Shown piece by piece: positions 39,486 through 45,614 of a stretch of 59,573 nt of DNA. Source of the DNA: a virus. Its lineage: Duplodnaviria > Caudoviricetes. The notes beneath the pieces were generated by a model. That model had not been told where the DNA came from. It saw only the letters and a program-made list of their open reading frames with translations, and ran no database searches. A program made the translations under genes and the position numbers. Numbering within the stretch: position 1 is the stretch's first letter; each line of letters starts with the position of its first letter. The DNA is taken from positions 1-59,573 of IMG/VR virus record IMGVR_UViG_3300028585_000026; one strand, 5' to 3'.

Positions 39486-39787
39486 TGAACGATCGAGTGC
39501 AGATCCTGAAGCGCGTCGCCGGCCGCGACAGCGCTGGCCAGCCCACCGAAAGCTGGTCGGCGCTCCGGTCAACCTGGGCGAACGTCAAATTCCAGTCCGG
39601 CGCCGGCGCCATCCGTGCGAATGCGGACCTCTCGATCGTGAAGTGCTCGATCAGGATCCGGGTTTGCCGCGACATCGATGCCTCAATGCGCGCGCGCTAC
39701 AAGGGCATCGATTACGACATCGAGGCGGTGCTGCCAGATTCGGACGATCGGGACTTCATGTTTCTGGTCTGCGAGAGCGTGAAATGA
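39482..39787 (+). CDS. Head closure / head-tail adaptor
   Basis: DSAGQPTESW, WANV, YDIEAV. Confidence 0.85.
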   Translation: MMNDRVQILKRVAGRDSAGQPTESWSALRSTWANVKFQSGAGAIRANADLSIVKCSIRIRVCRDIDASMRARYKGIDYDIEAVLPDSDDRDFMFLVCESVK

Positions 39788-40332
39788 TCGACTTTGACAT
39801 GAGTGGTTTTGAAGCCGCGATGACAGCGGCACAAAGGACGATCACTGAAGCAGTTGGCGAAGAGACGCTGCGTACGGTTGGATTCTCAGCTGCCGAAGTG
39901 TTTCGCGATGAGGCCAAACTCAACGCACTGAAGCGCGCCAAAACCTACACGATTTATAGAAACATCATTGCCAAACGGCTGATTGAAGAAGCTGACGGCG
40001 GCCGGCGGCAGGTCTATTTGGTGACTGTGCGCTCAGGCCAATTTAACGGCAGCGACGCGTTTTATTGGAAATTTGTCGCAAACGGTCACGCGAAGGTAAG
40101 GCAAAACAAGAACGTCAGCAAGAAGACTGGCCGCGTAGTGAACTGGAAGCGGCATAGAGCTCGAGAGGCGAAATACTGGGAGAAAAAAGCAGCGGAGCTG
40201 GAGAACGGCACCGCTATGGTCCCAGCGTATCCGTTTATGAGGCCAGCCTTTGAGAGTAAGAAGCAAGAGGCGGCTGATGCCATGACAAAAACCTTGGCTG
40301 AACAACTTAGCAAAAATCTGACAAAACCATGA
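39784..40332 (+). CDS. HK97 gp10-family neck/tail-completion protein
   Basis: AFYWKFV..G and PAYPFMRPAFE motifs; position between head closure and tail terminator. Confidence 0.85.
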   Translation: MIDFDMSGFEAAMTAAQRTITEAVGEETLRTVGFSAAEVFRDEAKLNALKRAKTYTIYRNIIAKRLIEEADGGRRQVYLVTVRSGQFNGSDAFYWKFVANGHAKVRQNKNVSKKTGRVVNWKRHRAREAKYWEKKAAELENGTAMVPAYPFMRPAFESKKQEAADAMTKTLAEQLSKNLTKP

Positions 40333-40679
40333 CACCCGAAGAGCACATCTACCAGGTCCTCCTGGGCCTCGCTGGCGGTCGGGTCTTCCCAGACATTGCG
40401 CCGCTCGACACCGTGAAGCCGTATGTCACGTTTCAATCCGTGGGCGGTGCCCCGACTAACTACCTGAGCGGAGATCGCCCTGATAAGCAGCATGTGCGCA
40501 TGCAGGTCAACGTCTGGGCCGAGCGCCGCATGGAGGCGTCCGAGCTCGGGATGTTGGTTGAGGACGCTATGCGCTCCGCAAATCACCTGCAGGTCGAGGT
40601 GCTGACCGGCCGCGTGGCCACATACGACGAACCGACGAACCTTCGCGGAACTATGCAGGACTTCAGCTTGTTCTGCTGA
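40329..40679 (+). CDS. Tail terminator (DUF3168-like)
   Basis: RVFPDIAP, PYVTF, RMQVNVWA. Confidence 0.85.
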   Translation: MTPEEHIYQVLLGLAGGRVFPDIAPLDTVKPYVTFQSVGGAPTNYLSGDRPDKQHVRMQVNVWAERRMEASELGMLVEDAMRSANHLQVEVLTGRVATYDEPTNLRGTMQDFSLFC

Positions 40680-40699
40680 CCTAGCAACACCCAATCCCC

Positions 40700-40732
40700 A
40701 AGCCGCTCCGATATTCCGGGCGGCTTTTCTTT
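40700..40732 (+). terminator. Intrinsic terminator-like hairpin
   Basis: AGCCGC...GCGGCT stem followed by TTTTCTTT. Confidence 0.5.
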
Positions 40733-40787
40733 GCCCAAACGGGCGCAACTGGCCCGGCGACGGGCCTTTTTCATTTGGAAGGCCCTT

Positions 40788-41420
40788 ATGCAACTGCCCA
40801 ATAATATCGCGTTCGCAATTGCGTCCGCCTTTGCCGCCGCCATCAGCATTACTGCAATCAGCAATGCTACGGAAGCGGTCGCCACCGCAACCAACACCTT
40901 CGCTGCTGGCGACTATTTCGAATACATCGGTGGCTGGAGCCAGGCTACTGGCCGCGTGTTCCGCGCGAAGGCAGCTTCGGGCACGTCGCTCACCTTCGAG
41001 GGCCTGGATACGACCGACACTTCGCTGTTCCCGGTTGGCGCCGGCACAGGCACTGTGCGCAAGGTCACGACCTGGGTGCCGGTAACCGGCGTGGTGAGCG
41101 CAGAGATCTCCGGCGGCGATGGCAAGAACGTCGAGGTGGCTCTGCTCGACTCCAACATGCCAGTCATGTTGCCGGACGGCTTCACCGCCACGTCCGTCAC
41201 TTTGACGACCGCAGACGACAAGTCGCTGCCGCACCACGCTGCGCTCAAGGCCGTTTCGGACGGCGTGAAGCTGACCTGCCTGCGCGGCTTGCTGCCTGGC
41301 GGCGGCGTGCTGCTGTATGCCGGCTACTGCTCGTTCAACGAATCGCCGAGCCTGGCGAAAGGCAGCGTCATGTCCGTCAAGTCGATCTTCTCGCTGCAGA
41401 ACAAGGTCGTCCGCTACTAA
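40788..41420 (+). CDS. Major tail tube protein
   Basis: MQLPN..., ITAISNATEAV, SFNESP; position. Confidence 0.85.
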   Translation: MQLPNNIAFAIASAFAAAISITAISNATEAVATATNTFAAGDYFEYIGGWSQATGRVFRAKAASGTSLTFEGLDTTDTSLFPVGAGTGTVRKVTTWVPVTGVVSAEISGGDGKNVEVALLDSNMPVMLPDGFTATSVTLTTADDKSLPHHAALKAVSDGVKLTCLRGLLPGGGVLLYAGYCSFNESPSLAKGSVMSVKSIFSLQNKVVRY

Positions 41421-41526
41421 ACCGCGTTGCCAGCTGGCGCCGAATGGTCGGCGCTAGCTTTTCCTGCCGCGGGGTCGCGCCTCGCGGTCTTTTTCCTGAA
41501 TCACTCCCACCTGAAAGAAAATAATC

Positions 41527-41844
41527 ATGGCAAAAGCAAAACTCTCCCTGGCCGTCGCCGCTACCTTCGCTGCAGTCGTTGCCATTCCGGTCCCGGGCGG
41601 CAAAACCGCCGATGTGGAATTCACCTTCAAGTGGATGAGCCGCGACAACTTTAAAGAATTCATCGAGAACCTGGCCGGCGCCGAAGACGTCGACGCGCTG
41701 ATGGACATCCTGGCAGGCTGGGACCTGGACGAGACCTTCAACAAGGACCAGGTCGAAAAGCTGGTGCAGCGCTACATGGGCGCCGCGCGCGCCATCCTCG
41801 ACAAGTTCATCGCCGAAGTCACCGGCGCCCGCGCAAAAAACTAA
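41527..41844 (+). CDS. Tail assembly chaperone (gpG-like)
   Basis: VEFTFK, GWDLDE; ends at slippery AAAAAAC. Confidence 0.85.
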   Translation: MAKAKLSLAVAATFAAVVAIPVPGGKTADVEFTFKWMSRDNFKEFIENLAGAEDVDALMDILAGWDLDETFNKDQVEKLVQRYMGAARAILDKFIAEVTGARAKN

Positions 41845-42158
41845 GGGCCGTCGCCTCGGCCCTTTACGAAGCAGAGCCCAGCGACGCCGATCTGGAGGTC
41901 GCGGGCCTGCGCCGTGAAGACTTGGCGGCGGATGCAGTTGAAGTCTGGCCCGAGAACCTGCGGGCCTTCGATCTTTTCTATGGGCTGCGCAAGCAGTGGC
42001 GACTCGCTCCAATGGGCGGTCCGATCGGTTTGGATTTTCTTGTCGCCTACAGCCGGATGGATCGGATGGGGCTGACGCCCGAGGAATACAACCAGTTGGA
42101 TGCGGACTTGCAGACGATGGAGGATGCAGCTCTCGAGGCGATGCGACGCAAGAACTAA
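41841..42158 (+). CDS. Tail assembly chaperone frameshift extension (gpT/DUF1799-like)
   Basis: Open -1 frame after A AAA AAC (41835-41841); VWPEN, QWR, GLD, MEDAAL. Confidence 0.8.
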   Translation, partial: LRAVASALYEAEPSDADLEVAGLRREDLAADAVEVWPENLRAFDLFYGLRKQWRLAPMGGPIGLDFLVAYSRMDRMGLTPEEYNQLDADLQTMEDAALEAMRRKN

Positions 42159-42185
42159 AGGGGGTATCGAATCGATACCCCCTTT
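42157..42185. terminator. Perfect 14-bp inverted repeat, probable bidirectional terminator
   Basis: AAAGGGGGTATCGA-A-TCGATACCCCCTTT between convergent genes. Confidence 0.65.
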
Positions 42186-42712
42186 CACGGAAGAATTTTT
42201 TTGCGCCCAGCCGTTTCACTCATTTCGAGAATCGCCTCTTGGAACTCGTTTAAGTCTAGGCCCGCTTCCGCGGCCCCAGAAAGGCTTTGCAGCTGTTCAA
42301 GGCTCTTTCGCATTTCGTCGATACGCTTCATCGACTCCTGTTGCAGCATTTGCGGAGAATGAATTGCTGAGCTTGCCTCAGACATCATTTTTTTGACCTC
42401 TGCTATGAGCTGAACTTCTGCCGGGTCAAGACGGGGGAGAAGGAGCTCCCCAAGCTGGCGAAGATGCGTGGCAACGATTGTTGACTTCAACTGCTCGGTA
42501 ATTTTCTGCGCATCCGTGAGATTCAGAAGAATACTTAAGCGTGCCACTGCAGTGGCCATCGCGGGGGCGGTGTCATCGAATGACTGTTCGAGCCGGGCGA
42601 TGAATTCTGCATTGAGCGACTTGCCGCTGCCGTCTGCAGCTTCTTGGAGTTTTGCGTGCAATGGCCTCGGAAGCCGCAATGCAGTTTTTACGTAATCGTC
42701 TTGGGTTGCCAT
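42185..42712 (-). CDS. Arc/Mnt-family ribbon-helix-helix repressor
   Basis: TALRLPRPLHAKLQEAADGSGKSLNAEFIARLEQSF. Confidence 0.85.
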   Translation of the reverse strand: MATQDDYVKTALRLPRPLHAKLQEAADGSGKSLNAEFIARLEQSFDDTAPAMATAVARLSILLNLTDAQKITEQLKSTIVATHLRQLGELLLPRLDPAEVQLIAEVKKMMSEASSAIHSPQMLQQESMKRIDEMRKSLEQLQSLSGAAEAGLDLNEFQEAILEMSETAGRKKILP

Positions 42713-42760
42713 AGCCGCAATGGTACACAGCGTGTCCCAAGTGTGCCACTAAAATAGTTC

Positions 42761-42815
42761 TTGCCTTCACTTTGGAGGCACTATACTATTGTCTACATGC
42801 CTTCAAAATGAAGGC
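42761..42815 (+). promoter_or_regulatory. Pant-like promoter with two 17-bp palindromic operators
   Basis: GCCTTCACTTTGGAGGC (42763-42779), GCCTTCAAAATGAAGGC (42799-42815); TTGCCT-N17-TACTAT. Confidence 0.7.
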
Positions 42816-42833
42816 GAAAATGGAGAGGAAATG

Positions 42834-43004
42834 ATGGCAACTCGAAAGGACATCGAGATCTGGCGCGGCCAAGTCCGCCTGCCCGGGCCTCTTGCGGAGT
42901 GGATAAAGGAGCGCGCGGATCAAAGTTATCGTTCGCTGAACGCGGAATTTGTGGAAGTAATTCGCGAGGCGAAGCATGCGGCTGAGAAACGGGAAGTCGC
43001 TTAA
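42834..43004 (+). CDS. Arc-like repressor
   Basis: QVRLPGPLAEWIKERADQSYRSLNAEFV. Confidence 0.85.
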   Translation: MATRKDIEIWRGQVRLPGPLAEWIKERADQSYRSLNAEFVEVIREAKHAAEKREVA

Positions 43005-43079
43005 CAAAAGAAAACCCCGAGCGATCTTGGCGGATGGGCTCGGGGCTTTAGTGAAACCACAGCTAAATGAGGAATCGAG

Positions 43080-43862
43080 ATGAATGCTATGACAAGCACG
43101 GCGAAATTGCAACTGGCACTGACCTTCGAAGGTCATTCAATCAAGACTATCGTGCGCGATGGTCAACTGTGGATGAGTGGCACCGAGGTCGGGGTGGCGC
43201 TCGCGTATGCCAGCCCGGACAAGGCAATTAAGCAGCTCTTTAACGCTCGCGCTGATGAGTTCACGTCAACAATGACGAAAGTCATTAAGGTCCTGACGGC
43301 GGGCGGCAAGCAAGCAGTGCGGTTTTTCAGTCTGCGCGGCGCCCACCTTCTGGCCATGTTCGCCAGGACCGACAAAGCGAAGGCGTTTCGCGTTTGGGTG
43401 CTGAACATCCTCGATAAGGAAGTGGCGCAGGTTAAGGCTGCTCCTGTCCAGAGCTATAGCTTTCCCCTGGCGAGTTGCAAGCCAGTGCCGAGGGGCGATT
43501 GCTTTGATAGCCAGGCGCAGTTCGATCTCAAGTCGCTGACCGATCCTCGCAACCCGGCGCCGGAGCTTGACTTGATCAGGCAGCTCGAGCGCGATGGCCA
43601 CGACGTCACCGGCGCGCGGGTTCGCATCCTCGCCCTGCGCGAACAGTTGGGCTATATGCTGATGGCCAATGAGCGCATGGGCGTATGGCAGGAGCGGCTG
43701 GCAGGCATGATGCGGGAGATGACTGATTACCAGCGGCCTCAAGGTGTCGGGGCGCTTTTCTCTCGAGAGCCGCAGGGGCTTTCGCGACTCTCTTTCAGTG
43801 CGCAGCTGCCTGACTACGATGGCATGAAGTTTGGCTTCCGCAAGCTGGGAGGTGCTGCGTAA
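43080..43862 (+). CDS. BRO-N domain antirepressor
   Basis: FSLRGAHLLAMFARTDKAKAFRVWVLNILD. Confidence 0.85.
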   Translation: MNAMTSTAKLQLALTFEGHSIKTIVRDGQLWMSGTEVGVALAYASPDKAIKQLFNARADEFTSTMTKVIKVLTAGGKQAVRFFSLRGAHLLAMFARTDKAKAFRVWVLNILDKEVAQVKAAPVQSYSFPLASCKPVPRGDCFDSQAQFDLKSLTDPRNPAPELDLIRQLERDGHDVTGARVRILALREQLGYMLMANERMGVWQERLAGMMREMTDYQRPQGVGALFSREPQGLSRLSFSAQLPDYDGMKFGFRKLGGAA

Positions 43863-44431
43863 TGGAGATCCTCAAGCTCAAACTGACCGGTACATCGCCG
43901 CTGATGATGCACAGCGACCGATTGGCCAACCCACTGCTGCCCGAGACGAAAGCGCACAAGTCGCTGACAGCAAAGCGCAAAAAGACTGACGAGGATCACC
44001 TCGCAATCGCACGATCCGAGTTCGTCAGCGGCCTTTACTGGAATGAGGCCGCCGGCGTGCACGTGCCGGGACAGAACTTCGATGCCACGTTCCTGGCTGG
44101 CGCCAAGCTGCAGAAACTCGGCACCGCATGGAAGCGCGGCGCGTTGGTGATGACCGACCGGGTGAAACTGCTGTACGACGGCCCGAAATCTCCAGCAGCG
44201 CTGTGGGAGGACAATCGCTTCATCGACTGCCGCGGCGTGAAGGTTGGCTCGGCAAAGGTGATGAGGTATCGGCCGGTCTTCCTGGAATGGGCAGCCGAGC
44301 TCGAGCTCGCATTCAATCCTGAAATTCTCGATGAGGGCGAGGTGCGGAAAGCGCTGGCAGACGCTGGCGCGCTGATCGGCGTCTGCGAGTACCGCCCTCG
44401 CTTCGGCCGCTTCGAGGTGGCGTATGGATGA
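43862..44431 (+). CDS. Stand-alone RAMP/Cas7-like protein (Vipr-like RNA-guided effector)
   Basis: LKLTGTSPLMMH first strand, HVPGQNF helix-start motif, C-terminal Gly-rich loop GALIGVCEYRPRFGRFEV; upstream of the pentamer arrays. Confidence 0.8.
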   Translation: MEILKLKLTGTSPLMMHSDRLANPLLPETKAHKSLTAKRKKTDEDHLAIARSEFVSGLYWNEAAGVHVPGQNFDATFLAGAKLQKLGTAWKRGALVMTDRVKLLYDGPKSPAALWEDNRFIDCRGVKVGSAKVMRYRPVFLEWAAELELAFNPEILDEGEVRKALADAGALIGVCEYRPRFGRFEVAYG

Positions 44432-44894
44432 CACGGCAGAGCCGACCCTGCTGCCGGAATGGCGTCAAGCGGTGAGGGATTTCCTCTCCGCTGGCTTCAA
44501 GGAGGGCGATATCGTGCCGCACGCCTGGCTCGAGCAGCACTTCGGCATGGCAAAGTTGGACGAGGACAAGCCGCTGCTGCCGGCTGACTGGAGCGCGAGG
44601 CAGTTCGACTGGCTGCGCAATATTGAATCGTTTCGAACCGAGCTGCTCGAACAGCATCAGGTTTTTCTCAGCAGCGTTTATGGCGAAGGCTATAGGCTGG
44701 TACCACCCAGGGAGCAGAGCGCGATCGCGCAAGAGCGGTTCGAGCGGGACGCGAAGCGCTCATATAGGAAGGCAGCGGCAACGCTGAAGAACGTGAGGCT
44801 CGGCGAGTTGACGGAGGCGGAACGAAAGGAAAACCTCGATGCCATCGCGCGCATTGCGATGTTGCGCGGAATGCACAAGACGGCAGTGGAATAG
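44424..44894 (+). CDS. Accessory wHTH-like protein of the RAMP cassette
   Basis: LSSVYGEGYRLV wing motif, helical C-terminus; overlaps the RAMP gene stop. Confidence 0.65.
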   Translation: MDDTAEPTLLPEWRQAVRDFLSAGFKEGDIVPHAWLEQHFGMAKLDEDKPLLPADWSARQFDWLRNIESFRTELLEQHQVFLSSVYGEGYRLVPPREQSAIAQERFERDAKRSYRKAAATLKNVRLGELTEAERKENLDAIARIAMLRGMHKTAVE

Positions 44895-44900
44895 AATTCC

Positions 44901-45004
44901 GCCGAGCTTCGATTCGGCAGGCTCGGCCTTGGTACGGCATGGCATGGCTTGGCGGGCTATGGGCTGACAACAGCAGCCAGCATCTTCGATGAGGGTGTTG
45001 GTTG
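44901..45004 (+). ncRNA. Guide-like RNA 1: 13 GGY-NN pentamers plus a 14-bp hairpin
   Basis: gccga gcttc gattc ggcag gctcg gcctt ggtac ggcat ggcat ggctt ggcgg gctat gggct; hairpin 44974-45004 with 4 G-U pairs. Confidence 0.8.
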
Positions 45005-45021
45005 ATGCGGTTAGCATCGCT

Positions 45022-45153
45022 AGCGAGGTACGGCAAGTCTTGGCTGGGTCCGATTCGGCTCGGCACGGCAAGCTCGGGTCAGGCTAGGTAAGGCGCGGTT
45101 TGCCGTGGTATGGGTAGCAAGCGAAAAGCTCCGAGAGGGGCTTTTCGTGTTGC
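45022..45153 (+). ncRNA. Guide-like RNA 2: 18-19 GGY-NN pentamers plus a GAGA-tetraloop hairpin
   Basis: Strict 5-nt period over 45027-45116; hairpin 45121-45148. Confidence 0.8.
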
Positions 45154-45197
45154 CCGATTGTGCTGGTGTAACATTGCCGCTCAATAAAGGAGGCGGC

Positions 45198-45557
45198 ATG
45201 GCGAAACTTGAAATACACGCGGGTGATTTCCCGAATGGTAGCCACTCGATTGGCTTCAACGTGATTACGTTGAACTGGCAGCCGGGCGACGGCCTTACCG
45301 GAAAAAGCATCGCTCTCATTGGCTACTTGACATCGGTGTCTATAGCGACAGAGGAAGAAGTTAGGCGAGTTGGCGGAACGATCGGTTGGGGTCTAGCAGG
45401 AGCTGCAATCCTCGGACCGGTTGGGCTGCTTGCGGGAGCGCTCCTGGGTGGCAAGGGGAAGGACGTTACGTTCGTTGCTCAGTTCAACGACGGCAAGAAG
45501 ATGCTTGCCACTACGGATTCGAAAACATTTACAAAAATGCAGGCGCTTGTGTTTTAG
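45198..45557 (+). CDS. Small protein with Gly-zipper hydrophobic segment
   Basis: AGGAGG RBS; GWGLAGAAILGPVGLLAGALLGG. Confidence 0.7.
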   Translation: MAKLEIHAGDFPNGSHSIGFNVITLNWQPGDGLTGKSIALIGYLTSVSIATEEEVRRVGGTIGWGLAGAAILGPVGLLAGALLGGKGKDVTFVAQFNDGKKMLATTDSKTFTKMQALVF

Positions 45558-45578
45558 TGAGCGCAGCTACCGGCAACC

Positions 45579-45603
45579 AAGCCGCCTTCGGGCGGCTTTT
45601 TTT
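45579..45603 (+). terminator. Intrinsic terminator
   Basis: GCCGCC-TTCG-GGCGGC plus T7. Confidence 0.8.
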
Positions 45604-45614
45604 ATGGGCGGAAC

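Noticed and set aside
44901-45116. Simple pentanucleotide microsatellite
   Set aside because: Positions 4-5 are almost all different between units and decode to a meaningful gapped sequence, unlike slippage repeats
44895-45153. Canonical CRISPR array next to the Cas7-like gene
   Set aside because: There are no 25-40 bp repeats with spacers; the periodicity is 5 nt and the two hairpins differ in sequence
44668-45319. Minus-strand ORFs over the pentamer tracts
   Set aside because: Low-complexity Pro/Arg/Ala translations that overlap real + strand genes; a 5-nt period does not fit coding, and G-U hairpins favour a + strand RNA
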